Shown: positions 7,317 to 16,235 of the stretch, piece by piece
Position numbering within the stretch: the first letter of the stretch is position 1
How the letters are laid out: every line of letters begins with the position of its first letter
From: a virus
Lineage: Duplodnaviria > Caudoviricetes
Reading direction: 5' to 3' (one strand)
DNA: 26,695 nt
IMG/VR virus record: IMGVR_UViG_3300001346_000054
Coordinates: 1 to 26,695 of that record
Notes under the pieces: generated by a model
Told to the model about the DNA's origin: nothing
What the model saw: only the letters and a program-made list of their open reading frames with translations
The model's database searches: none
Translations under genes and position numbers: made by a program

Positions 7317-7795
7317 TAAAATGTTTTCTTAATTTGTTCTTTTGTCATTCCTAAATCTTCTGCCAATTGTTTTAATTCTTTTGTTGTGTTAATACTTGCT
7401 AACAGTTTTAATTCATCTTCTTTTCTAGACGGATACAATTTTTCTAAAAACTTCATTGCTTTTGCCGTACTGTTGCTACCTTTTTGTTTGTAACCAATCC
7501 ACTCATGATATCTTATTGATTTTGTATCATTAGCAGTCATACACAACAAAAACCATAATAACTTTTTGTGTTTGGTCAACGTAAAGAAATTTTTGTTGTA
7601 GTACTCGTTTGTCTTGAATATTTGTAATTGCTTTTCTTCGGGTTTTCCTTTGATAGCACTAACATATCTATTCAATAGATAAAACGATACCTGCTTACGT
7701 TCATCATCAGATAAGTCGTCCCATACATTTTTAGCATTCATATCGATAGCCGCCAGTATGTCTTTTAAAGGTAGTTTGTTTGTTTTTGTTACCAT
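7316..7795 (-). CDS. Probable clamp-loader small subunit (T4 gp62-like)
   Basis: Size (159 aa), the pattern FYLLNRYVS...N...LLWFLL...EWI...KFLEKLYP and replication-gene context. Confidence 0.6.
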   Translation of the reverse strand: MVTKTNKLPLKDILAAIDMNAKNVWDDLSDDERKQVSFYLLNRYVSAIKGKPEEKQLQIFKTNEYYNKNFFTLTKHKKLLWFLLCMTANDTKSIRYHEWIGYKQKGSNSTAKAMKFLEKLYPSRKEDELKLLASINTTKELKQLAEDLGMTKEQIKKTF

Positions 7796-8037
7796 CTGTT
7801 TTCTTTAATTAGATTATACATTAATTTTAACTTCTTTAACTGTATTTGTAAAGACTTGTTTCCTTCATTTGCATAATCTACAACTTCGTTTATCTCTAAT
7901 TCTGTCAAATACCAATCAGGATATTTTGGTTCTTCGATCAGCACACGTTCACCTTTGCCATCAATTGGTCGAGCATACACAGTTGCTCCACCGTCTGGAC
8001 TTTCGTAAATCATTGCACTTTCTTTCTTTTTTGGCAT
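7789..8037 (-). CDS. Small hypothetical protein (IYESPDGG motif)
   Basis: 82-aa ORF tightly coupled to both neighbours. Confidence 0.7.
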   Translation of the reverse strand: MPKKKESAMIYESPDGGATVYARPIDGKGERVLIEEPKYPDWYLTELEINEVVDYANEGNKSLQIQLKKLKLMYNLIKENRW

Positions 8038-8543
8038 TACAACAATGATGTGTACTCTATACTTTCACACTGTCTTGAAATATCTTTTACAAAAAATGCA
8101 CAATCTGGACTTTTTGTATCAGTCAACGGAGTTGACAATAGTTGATTATTTTTTATTTTTGGAAAGTACCATTTTACATCATTGTAAAAGTTTACAACGT
8201 TCACTTCGTAAAAATCTGCTTTAAATCCATCTAGTGGATTAAAAATAAATGCTGAGAATCCTCTATCTGCAATACTTGTTAATGGCACAACTTCAACTGT
8301 GTTGCTGTCTTCTTTGTCGCCAACTGCTATACTCCAATCCAACGGCATGGTAATCTCTTTACCATTGATATCTAAAACTATTGCTGGAGCATTAAAAGAT
8401 TCAATATAAATTAATGGCAAGAAAAAGAAGTCTGGCTCCTTTGGGTTGCTGTTATCTAACACACTGAATGCCATGTCGTCTGACACTGTTTGTGGCATTT
8501 TGTTTAGATCGTATGGAGTGTTCTCCACTGTTAATATTTTCAT
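8037..8543 (-). CDS. Hypothetical beta-rich protein (168 aa)
   Basis: ATGA and TAATG coupling on either side; function unknown (see finding on the Hint-like pattern). Confidence 0.75.
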   Translation of the reverse strand: MKILTVENTPYDLNKMPQTVSDDMAFSVLDNSNPKEPDFFFLPLIYIESFNAPAIVLDINGKEITMPLDWSIAVGDKEDSNTVEVVPLTSIADRGFSAFIFNPLDGFKADFYEVNVVNFYNDVKWYFPKIKNNQLLSTPLTDTKSPDCAFFVKDISRQCESIEYTSLL

Positions 8544-9367
8544 TTGTTTGTTCCTTCCGAAAATGAATGAGTTATGTTACTATGATCATAGTAAAAATAT
8601 TGTGTGCCTGTTTTGGGTGCTTTGTGTTTTGCCTCTAATGGAAGATAAATGCCTGATGTGAAAGATGTGCCATCTTGTGTTTCTACTCCATGTATGTGCC
8701 AAGGATTGTCCACAGCCAATATTGGTGTGTTAGTTGCATAAGCAACCAATTGCGTACATGCATCATGAAAGTTGTCGTGTAATAGTTTAACATGTTTACC
8801 TTGATCCTTTTGAGTGTTACTTGCATGTATTATTAAATCGGGTTGTGCATTTTCTTTAAGTTTTTTAGCAAGATTATCTCCACCCCAATAATAATTACCA
8901 ACAAGATCATTACAGATAAGAGCACCGATCTTTAACTTATCTTCTCCTTTTGTGATTGTTACCACTGGGTTTTTTGTTTCAGGTTCACAGTCTGCATCAA
9001 AACTTACAAGTTTAGATTTCTTTGTAGATCCAATATATTCGCCTTCTTGATTATAAAATCTTAATTGATTTGATTTGACTCCGAAAAATGCACCATTAAC
9101 TTTGTCTTTGTCTTCTAGCCACAGTGTGCCAACAATTAATCCTAGTTTGTGGCTTGATGCATATTCTACTAATTTTTCTAATGCGTCTTCTGTTTCTTTA
9201 CAAGTATTGATATTGAATGCCATAGTGTTGTAACCACTCAATGATGTTTCCGGTGTAAACAAATAATCTACTTTATTTTCTACCGCCCATTCGCATGCCT
9301 TCATTATGTTTTCAAAATTTGTTTTAACATCGTTTGTTACTGGTATTTGTGCACCTGCTATTCTCAT
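8540..9367 (-). CDS. Carbon-nitrogen hydrolase (nitrilase superfamily)
   Basis: MRIAGAQ start (ATGA overlap with uvsW), FTPETSLSGY (Glu), KKSKL (Lys), GALICNDL (Cys): the E-K-C triad is present. Confidence 0.85.
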   Translation of the reverse strand: MRIAGAQIPVTNDVKTNFENIMKACEWAVENKVDYLFTPETSLSGYNTMAFNINTCKETEDALEKLVEYASSHKLGLIVGTLWLEDKDKVNGAFFGVKSNQLRFYNQEGEYIGSTKKSKLVSFDADCEPETKNPVVTITKGEDKLKIGALICNDLVGNYYWGGDNLAKKLKENAQPDLIIHASNTQKDQGKHVKLLHDNFHDACTQLVAYATNTPILAVDNPWHIHGVETQDGTSFTSGIYLPLEAKHKAPKTGTQYFYYDHSNITHSFSEGTNK

Positions 9368-10821
9368 TTTGTCCAATCCACCTTTTCTATTGTAAAAGGA
9401 TAATTTGCTTCCTTATAAAATTTTTTTCTATGTGTTAAATGTCTTTTAGCAAATTTGCAACTTGAAGTAAGATCCCAAATTTGCACAAAGTCTTTGTCTT
9501 TGGCTTTACGTATTCCTCTGCCAATCGATTGTATAACTCTCACAAATGATTTGCCAGGCTCAATCAATATTAGATTAAATATTCTCGGTATGTTAATACC
9601 TACACTGGCTACACCATATGTTGCAATAATCACTTTGTTGTCTGAATCACTGATTTCGTCATACTGTTCTTTTCTATCTGCCAACTTTGTTTCACCTTGA
9701 ATAAACACACTATCGTCTATTAGTTCTGCTAATTTTTTTCCTGCTGTAAGTCGATCAACCAGCACAAGAGTGTTACCACCGCTTTTAATTTTGTTACACA
9801 ATTTTCCAATGTAATCTATTCTTTTTTCATTTGTGACCAAGTATTTTAATTCTTCTTGATAGTTTGTGTAAACTTCTGTGTCAATCAACTGTACCACATT
9901 TACATGACATTTAGATAAAACACCTTTATCTTGTAACTCTTTTGCTGATATCTGATTAACAACAGGACCAATACTTGCTAGTATGCTTTGAAATTCAAAC
10001 TGTTCTTTCGGCACTGTGCCAGTCAGTCCCCATCTCACAGGAGCATTTCTAAGATGTTGTGTTAACAATTTTTTTAACACTTCTGCCTTTGCTTGGTGAA
10101 CCTCATCTATGATAACTGTTTTCACTCCGTCTAAAAAATCTGCTAGAGTTAACACAGATTCTCCTGCTTTAGATTTCTTATCCAGCACATTTAGACTTTG
10201 CCATGTGCAAATTGTGTGCGTACGATTTAATTCTTTTCTGTCGCCGAAATATACTCCCACGTCCAGTCCCACATTTACGTAATCTTCTTCTGTTTGTGTA
10301 ACCAATCCTTTGTTTGGCACAATCACTAGTGTACGTCCAAACTTTTCACATATACTGCTCAATGCCGCAGTGATGATTGTTTTACCAGCACCAGTGGCAA
10401 CCTCTTGTAAACTTTGTGGCTCTTTTATAAAATTATTAATAACATCCACTTGATAATCTCGCAATTCGATTGGTTGTCCTTCGCATATGTGTCCTTTGGG
10501 CCACGATTTATCTGCAAAATAATCTTTATCAATTTTATCAAATACTAAATCAAATTTATGTCTTTTGTCATCTACTTCTTCTATCTCAACACCCGATTCG
10601 TGCAGATATTCTATAATCTTTTCTAAATGATTCACATAACCATTACCACCTAAACCAAAGAAACCAACCTTACCATCCCATCTACCTAATTTATACTGTG
10701 GCAAGTAACGTGCATAAGGCACTGAAAATTTAAACTTATTTGCAATCTTTCTTCTAACGTCAACAGGCAATCCTTCGATCTTTACATTGACCTCGTCTGT
10801 GATTACAATTTTACATCTCAT
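9364..10821 (-). CDS. uvsW: SF2 DNA helicase UvsW
   Basis: GRWDGK, LRDYQ, ATGAGKT, IIDEVH, GLTGT, SVGINIP, QSIGRGIR, HLTHRKKFY. Start moved to ATG 10821 (ATGA overlap). Confidence 0.92.
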   Translation of the reverse strand: MRCKIVITDEVNVKIEGLPVDVRRKIANKFKFSVPYARYLPQYKLGRWDGKVGFFGLGGNGYVNHLEKIIEYLHESGVEIEEVDDKRHKFDLVFDKIDKDYFADKSWPKGHICEGQPIELRDYQVDVINNFIKEPQSLQEVATGAGKTIITAALSSICEKFGRTLVIVPNKGLVTQTEEDYVNVGLDVGVYFGDRKELNRTHTICTWQSLNVLDKKSKAGESVLTLADFLDGVKTVIIDEVHQAKAEVLKKLLTQHLRNAPVRWGLTGTVPKEQFEFQSILASIGPVVNQISAKELQDKGVLSKCHVNVVQLIDTEVYTNYQEELKYLVTNEKRIDYIGKLCNKIKSGGNTLVLVDRLTAGKKLAELIDDSVFIQGETKLADRKEQYDEISDSDNKVIIATYGVASVGINIPRIFNLILIEPGKSFVRVIQSIGRGIRKAKDKDFVQIWDLTSSCKFAKRHLTHRKKFYKEANYPFTIEKVDWTK

Positions 10822-12104
10822 ATAGTATCTGCTCCATAATGCACTCGACTCCAATAACTATCTTGACCATTAATTTGTAATTGCAAATCAATTGTGCTAA
10901 CATATTTGTCCACTTTGGTGTAGGCTCTTGTGTTATCACAAACCAACACTGCTTCGGCTTCCCAATCAGATGTTAACAACGGCTTCGGAATCTTCTTACT
11001 TGTAATATACACTATTTTTGTTGATTTTGCAAGTGAATTATTTAATTGATTATCTTTCACATATTCATTAAATTCTTTACCAAAACTTGTTGAATTTTTA
11101 CATCTTGCCAATACAGAAATTTCATTTTTAGGTATAAGATTTTTAAACAGTTTGTGTGTGTTGTGCAAGTCTTCCAAACTGTTTTGTTCAGTGTCACCTT
11201 TCAAAACAACCATTAATGGAAATCTTCTTAATTCTATTACTGTATCCACTATTTGTTCTAGTTTCCATTTTTCGGAATCTAAATTTATTTTTGAATATTG
11301 TCTTTCTAATATTGCTTTTGATAGTGTTGATAAATTGCTTGATGACTCTGCTAAATTGTTTTTATCAAAATAATGTAAACCTAGTTTTTCTTTTCTGTCA
11401 TAATATAGATGTAAATTTTCTTTTGCTGGATCGCCAAAATATTCTCTATGGTATTGTGTGGTAACTGGTGAACTATTTTTGATTTGATAGTTGTAAATAC
11501 CAGGCACAAATTGATCGGGTCTTTTGTAAAGTTTTTCACATTGATCATGCACATCTAATAACACAGGGTCAATGTCCTTAATCTTATTTTTAAAGTTAGA
11601 TATCAGTCTGTGTACAATCTTTTCTGTGTAAGGCAAAATGTATTTGTCTTTTAATTTTTGTGAGTAATATCTGCTTGGTACAGGGCCTAGCAATTTTCTT
11701 ACTGCTGACATGGCTTTTGAATACGTCATGTTAAATGGGAATCTAACAACAATAACTTTTTGTGGTGTAAATCCTGACCAATAAGGTTCTAAATAATCAC
11801 TACCATTTTCTATTCTGATGTATTCACTTCTATCTAGATGTCTTAAAGGTTGTCTAAGGTTGTTTACGCTGTTTTCTAAATCTATGCCTCGTATTCTAAA
11901 TTGTGATTTATATCTTGTAATTAATATTTTTTTCACTGCTTCCAACTGCCTATCAGTGAGTGCTGTGCCTTTAAAAACCTTCTTGGCAATGTCAAAGATA
12001 ATTTTCTTATCTCTGTCTAACACTATAAATGCAGGCACCACAGTGGCATTGACAGCCAGACCTGCCATCAGTTCTAAACATTCTTCTATGGTAATTTTAC
12101 GCAT
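10818..12104 (-). CDS. Hypothetical protein (428 aa) coupled to uvsW
   Basis: Long intact ORF with its own sigma70-type promoter and an ATGA overlap with uvsW; no catalytic motif recognised. Confidence 0.75.
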   Translation of the reverse strand: MRKITIEECLELMAGLAVNATVVPAFIVLDRDKKIIFDIAKKVFKGTALTDRQLEAVKKILITRYKSQFRIRGIDLENSVNNLRQPLRHLDRSEYIRIENGSDYLEPYWSGFTPQKVIVVRFPFNMTYSKAMSAVRKLLGPVPSRYYSQKLKDKYILPYTEKIVHRLISNFKNKIKDIDPVLLDVHDQCEKLYKRPDQFVPGIYNYQIKNSSPVTTQYHREYFGDPAKENLHLYYDRKEKLGLHYFDKNNLAESSSNLSTLSKAILERQYSKINLDSEKWKLEQIVDTVIELRRFPLMVVLKGDTEQNSLEDLHNTHKLFKNLIPKNEISVLARCKNSTSFGKEFNEYVKDNQLNNSLAKSTKIVYITSKKIPKPLLTSDWEAEAVLVCDNTRAYTKVDKYVSTIDLQLQINGQDSYWSRVHYGADTI

Positions 12105-12110
12105 ACCATT

Positions 12111-12139
12111 ATTATAAATGATTTTGGTTAAAAAGTCAA
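12111..12139 (-). promoter_or_regulatory. Sigma70-type promoter TTGACT-N17-TATAAT for the uvsW operon
   Basis: Minus strand reads aTTGACTttttaaccaaaatcattTATAATaatggtATG; the -35 box lies in the last codons of the upstream gene. Confidence 0.82.
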
Positions 12140-12964
12140 TCTTGAAAAAGGCGTGCCCTGTGCTATTTCTTCAATTGTCCATTCAGTGTGCGTGTAATCA
12201 TTAAGCCATTGCTGTCTAGCAGGGGTCTTTGGGCTGTTAACGGTGCTGAAATCTGTGTTTGCAACGTCATAAGCAAGGCTTTGTTCACCCACAAAAGCAG
12301 GAATACCATTCAATACAGCATGTATTCCTGGGTTACTGCTGTAACTTACAACTGCCCAAGCATTAGAAAAATTTAAGTCAAAATCATCATATGTGTTTGC
12401 AATTTGTTTTGGAATTTCGTAATTGACATTTTCTAAAATAGGTGGATTTTGTAATACACATCTAGGATGAGATCGTATTATGATTTTTCTATCTGTGTGT
12501 TTTCTTATGGTATTCACAGTGTCTATAACATATTGTTCTTGTGTTGGCATATTTTTCCATTGTTCACTTTTGGTGTGTTGTAAACATACTAGAATGTGTT
12601 CACCATCTGTACGCCAAGGCTTGAGATCAAGATTAAATTGTTTTACTCTGTCATTGTTATTATTTTTTGGTCCGAAATCTCCTGCTCTATTAATTCCATT
12701 CAATCCAACTTTCCAAGTTGTATTTCTTTTTATACCACCCACTTCCACTACAAGCACATTTTTATTTTTGGATCTAAAATGTTCCCAAACAGATTTATTT
12801 TTTGTCATTCTTCCATTCCACAACAGTGACCAAATTACAGGAACTTCTGTGTCTAGATTGTTTTGATCAACGGAGTGTCCTAATCTTTGTAATCCAGATT
12901 GTACAGCCTCCCATACAAGAGGACTGTTTAACGGACCGTTGTCTGTGAATAAACTAAATTGCAT
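12128..12964 (-). CDS. KpsC/KpsS (capsule synthesis)-like GT-B glycosyltransferase
   Basis: VVEVGG, LKPWR, LVCLQH, IRSHPR, AVVSYSSNPGIHAVLNGIP, RQQWL. Start moved to ATG 12964. Confidence 0.6.
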   Translation of the reverse strand: MQFSLFTDNGPLNSPLVWEAVQSGLQRLGHSVDQNNLDTEVPVIWSLLWNGRMTKNKSVWEHFRSKNKNVLVVEVGGIKRNTTWKVGLNGINRAGDFGPKNNNNDRVKQFNLDLKPWRTDGEHILVCLQHTKSEQWKNMPTQEQYVIDTVNTIRKHTDRKIIIRSHPRCVLQNPPILENVNYEIPKQIANTYDDFDLNFSNAWAVVSYSSNPGIHAVLNGIPAFVGEQSLAYDVANTDFSTVNSPKTPARQQWLNDYTHTEWTIEEIAQGTPFSRLTF

Positions 12965-13790
12965 TCCAGTATGACTCTGTGCGATTGGCAAGCAAGTCTT
13001 TCTTTTGGCTTTTTCCTTTATTTTTTCTATCGCCCTTCATGTGATCAAAGTAATTTCCTAAAACTGAGTTAATCAGCGGATGTCCACCACCACCTGTCTT
13101 AGCAGTTTTGTTGTATATGTCTTTTGAATAATCATGGAAGTTGTCGTCAATTGGTGCAAGTTGATTTAATATTTTGCCAAACACATAACTGTCGTGCCAT
13201 TCATCTAGTTTGAAAATTCCATTGTCTGCTTCTTGATACATGCGTTCAAATTCTTTTAAAAATTTTTTACAAGTGTCGTGTTTGTTGTTCAACCCATAAA
13301 AGCCACACTCGGGCCATGTTTGTGATCCTTTACCTCTGCCAACAAACGTTATCCATTTATCTTTTGGCAACAGTTGTGTGAATTGTTCGTAATTGATAGG
13401 TGAATGCACATAGGTGTCTGCATCTATCCACACAGTCCATGTGTCGTCAGTTCTATCCACAGCATCAAATACAGCATAAACTTTATTTGCAAATCTTACA
13501 GCGTCCCATTTAAATTCTTTATGATGATCTCTTGGACGCTTTTCTGGAAAAGGACATTTGCCATTTGCTTTTGGCACATTGCCCCAACGTGATTTGAATT
13601 GATTTAATTTTTCTAGTTCTTTTGAATCTATAATTGTTATTTGACTTGCATCTGGATTGACAGGCGTGCAATTTTCTGCATACACCAACAATTTAATTTT
13701 TTTGTCGACGTTATTTGCAAAACTGTCTATGAATCTTTGTCCGTACAAGTCTAGCCCTGATTTATGAAATGTAGTTAATGCAGTGATCAT
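12954..13790 (-). CDS. GT-A nucleotide-diphospho-sugar transferase-like protein
   Basis: KWDAVRFANKVYA, WIDAD (DxD), ECGF, EWHDSYVF, HMKG. Start moved to ATG 13790 (ATGA overlap). Confidence 0.7.
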   Translation of the reverse strand: MITALTTFHKSGLDLYGQRFIDSFANNVDKKIKLLVYAENCTPVNPDASQITIIDSKELEKLNQFKSRWGNVPKANGKCPFPEKRPRDHHKEFKWDAVRFANKVYAVFDAVDRTDDTWTVWIDADTYVHSPINYEQFTQLLPKDKWITFVGRGKGSQTWPECGFYGLNNKHDTCKKFLKEFERMYQEADNGIFKLDEWHDSYVFGKILNQLAPIDDNFHDYSKDIYNKTAKTGGGGHPLINSVLGNYFDHMKGDRKNKGKSQKKDLLANRTESYWNAI

Positions 13791-14734
13791 TTGACGTATT
13801 TCCTTAAATGTTTCCATGCCAATCCTGCTTTCACTTCGTCCAATGTCCAGTGTATTTGTGCTATGCGTCTTATCCACAGTTCTCTATCAAATTCTTTAGG
13901 AGATTCTATGTCTTGCCATTTTTCTAAATTCACTCCTTTAATTTGAGCACCGTCAGGGTCTGTGACCAATGTGGGTATTCCTTCGATAACAGATGCTACT
14001 GTTGGACTAGAGTTGTGTCCAACCACTGCATGTGCATGAGCAAATTCATCTATTAAGTTTTTTGCACCACTGATTGCAATATTTTGATATGTTGATTGTC
14101 CGCTGTTTATCCATTGTCTTACAAGATTAGCCCATTGTCTAGATGATTTATCTCCTGGGTGGAATCTTATTCTTATTTCTTTTTTTGTGAAACTTCTTAT
14201 TTGTTGAATAGCATGTTGTAACCAAACATTAACTTTTAGTCCACCCATACTCCAACCACCATCTCTCTGACAGCAGATTAAAATATATTTTCCGCCACCC
14301 AATCTCCAGGGTTTTAAATCTATGCCTAGGTCTTTTTTAATTATTTCCCATCGTAATGGATCTGGATTGTCATAACAGTATTCTGCTGTGTTAGGAAAGA
14401 TACCATCGTATCCATAACGCAAATAATTTTTTGATTGAGTTGGATCTGCATACAAAAACAAACTGGAATCCACAATCATGGTGCGTTTGTTTCTTTTTTG
14501 TTGTGTTTCAAACACAGATTTTCGTAACATTAGATGTCTGTGTTTTTGTGGTTGTTGATGTACAAATCCTTGTAGCACAGACACATCTGCTGGAACCACT
14601 GTCCAAGAATTGCTTATTATTCCTTTGTCGCCGCATCTATTCACACCTTCAATAAAGTTTTTTATTATTAAAGGCTTTTGTGGTTTTTTATTTCCAGGCG
14701 GAATAACCTTCATGTATCCTACAACACTAATCAT
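13787..14734 (-). CDS. KpsC/KpsS-like GT-B glycosyltransferase
   Basis: LKPWR, LICCQRDGG, IRFHPGD, AVVGHNSSPTVASVIEGIP, RELW. Start moved to ATG 14734 (ATGA overlap). Confidence 0.6.
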   Translation of the reverse strand: MISVVGYMKVIPPGNKKPQKPLIIKNFIEGVNRCGDKGIISNSWTVVPADVSVLQGFVHQQPQKHRHLMLRKSVFETQQKRNKRTMIVDSSLFLYADPTQSKNYLRYGYDGIFPNTAEYCYDNPDPLRWEIIKKDLGIDLKPWRLGGGKYILICCQRDGGWSMGGLKVNVWLQHAIQQIRSFTKKEIRIRFHPGDKSSRQWANLVRQWINSGQSTYQNIAISGAKNLIDEFAHAHAVVGHNSSPTVASVIEGIPTLVTDPDGAQIKGVNLEKWQDIESPKEFDRELWIRRIAQIHWTLDEVKAGLAWKHLRKYVK

Positions 14735-15528
14735 AATAATCCATATTTTTCCATTATTGCTTTTGCTTGTCCAGAACCCAATTCTCTGATATGATATTGG
14801 CAATACGCCAACCAATGTTGCCATTTGTGTACTTGATCTCTTGATGGATAGAATGGTGATTCTATCTTGCTTAAATCTTGTGATGTCACACTGTCTGCGG
14901 CAGTTCGTTCCATAGTGAATGCAGGCACACCTGCACAAACACTTTCAATAGCCGCAATAGACTGATATGTCACTGTGGCATAAATTTGTTCTTTTATTAA
15001 GAATTTAGGCACACTGCCTGCACCAACTCGTTCATGTCTTTTGCCTTTGTCTCTAACAATAATTTCTCTATCAGTGTATTTTGCTAATTCATTCAAAGTA
15101 TCATTGACCCATTGATCTCTGTTTATGTTATAATATTTACATGGCTTTTCACTTGGTACTACTAGTAAGATTTTACCTTTATGATTCTTACGCCATTCTA
15201 CAAATTCTAATTCAGGACTTTTTGCTTGTATCTTTCTCCAACGATCATCAGGAACATCAAACACTTGACTGTGTTGCACATCATTTTTTACAACTCTGTG
15301 AAACAGTTTTTTCTTTATGAGATTACCCACATATCCTGTGTCGATATAGTAAAATGTTCTTCCTGAATTTTTACAATCGTTGATTATTTTTCTTTTTGCT
15401 AGACTTCTAAAACTAACTGTGTTGTCCAAAGAAGTTTTTTTGATTGCTTCAAACGGTAGGAAATGAGCTCCTAGTCCTCTATTCCAGTGTTGTAGTATTT
15501 CATCTTGTCCATCAAAATAATAGTGCAT
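14731..15528 (-). CDS. KpsC/KpsS-like GT-B glycosyltransferase (HP motif replaced by RDK)
   Basis: YYIDTGY, ILLVVPS, IIVRDK, TVTYQSIAAIESVCAGVP, WLAYCQY; paralogue of its neighbours. Confidence 0.55.
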   Translation of the reverse strand: MHYYFDGQDEILQHWNRGLGAHFLPFEAIKKTSLDNTVSFRSLAKRKIINDCKNSGRTFYYIDTGYVGNLIKKKLFHRVVKNDVQHSQVFDVPDDRWRKIQAKSPELEFVEWRKNHKGKILLVVPSEKPCKYYNINRDQWVNDTLNELAKYTDREIIVRDKGKRHERVGAGSVPKFLIKEQIYATVTYQSIAAIESVCAGVPAFTMERTAADSVTSQDLSKIESPFYPSRDQVHKWQHWLAYCQYHIRELGSGQAKAIMEKYGLL

Positions 15529-15529
15529 A

Positions 15530-16213
15530 TCATTTACTATTCATCATTGTGTGAAGATATTTTTTCCAAACATCACCGTATTCGCAATTACGATAATTTT
15601 TGAACCAAGGGCCGCCTTCTGTGTAGTGTAAGGCGTTAGGCTCACCATCTTGTGGAGACTTATACCATCCCACAAGCCAATTCCAACTGTGATCGAGCGA
15701 ACCAATTTCTTCATCTTTCAACCAACTGAATCGGTGAAAGTATGCTCCATCATAATTGGGATTGTTTACTAAATCCACTGTTAATTTTTCGTTTGATTTG
15801 TGTCCACAGTTGTACAGCACAACAGAACTCCAATTTTTTCTTGGATACACAGTTTGTTTTTGACCATCCATTTTAATTCCAGGCTTGGGTGTGTAGTCAT
15901 GTTTTACACACATGACAGCATACTTGTCATCTGCTTGATCGAATAATTCTTTTATATCAGTTGTAAAAACTATATCGGAATCACAAAACAATGCCCAACC
16001 TTTATAATTTTCTAGGGCTGGTATTAAGAATCTTGTGAATGTAAACTCAGTTGATGCTAGTTTATCTAATTCTCTCCAATACCATTTGTCCTGTCGTAGT
16101 GTTTGTTGATTTAATGGTTGTACTTCTGCATCTGATGAATGTGTGTAGATTGAATGTTCGCAAACCTGATATGCAATATCTTCTCTCGTGTCATAGCCTA
16201 CAAAAACTTTCAT
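15530..16213 (-). CDS. GT8-like nucleotide-diphospho-sugar transferase (plant CDI-like family)
   Basis: MKVFVGYDTREDIAY, STEFTFTRF, ALFCDSD (DxD), YPRKNWSS, HRFSWL, WNWLVGWY, HYTEGGPWF. Start moved to ATG 16213. Confidence 0.8.
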   Translation of the reverse strand: MKVFVGYDTREDIAYQVCEHSIYTHSSDAEVQPLNQQTLRQDKWYWRELDKLASTEFTFTRFLIPALENYKGWALFCDSDIVFTTDIKELFDQADDKYAVMCVKHDYTPKPGIKMDGQKQTVYPRKNWSSVVLYNCGHKSNEKLTVDLVNNPNYDGAYFHRFSWLKDEEIGSLDHSWNWLVGWYKSPQDGEPNALHYTEGGPWFKNYRNCEYGDVWKKYLHTMMNSK

Positions 16214-16220
16214 ATAAAAA

Positions 16221-16229
16221 TATTTATTG
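16221..16229 (-). promoter_or_regulatory. T4 late-promoter-like box CAATAAATA (internal to the glycan island)
   Basis: Minus strand cCAATAAATAtttttatATG in a 22-nt intergenic gap. Confidence 0.6.
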
Positions 16230-16235
16230 GCAAAT

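Noticed and set aside
460-10821. Inteins or introns in the helicase, primase or UvsW
   Set aside because: Lengths are ordinary, motifs are contiguous, and no C...HN splice junctions or homing-endonuclease motifs were seen.
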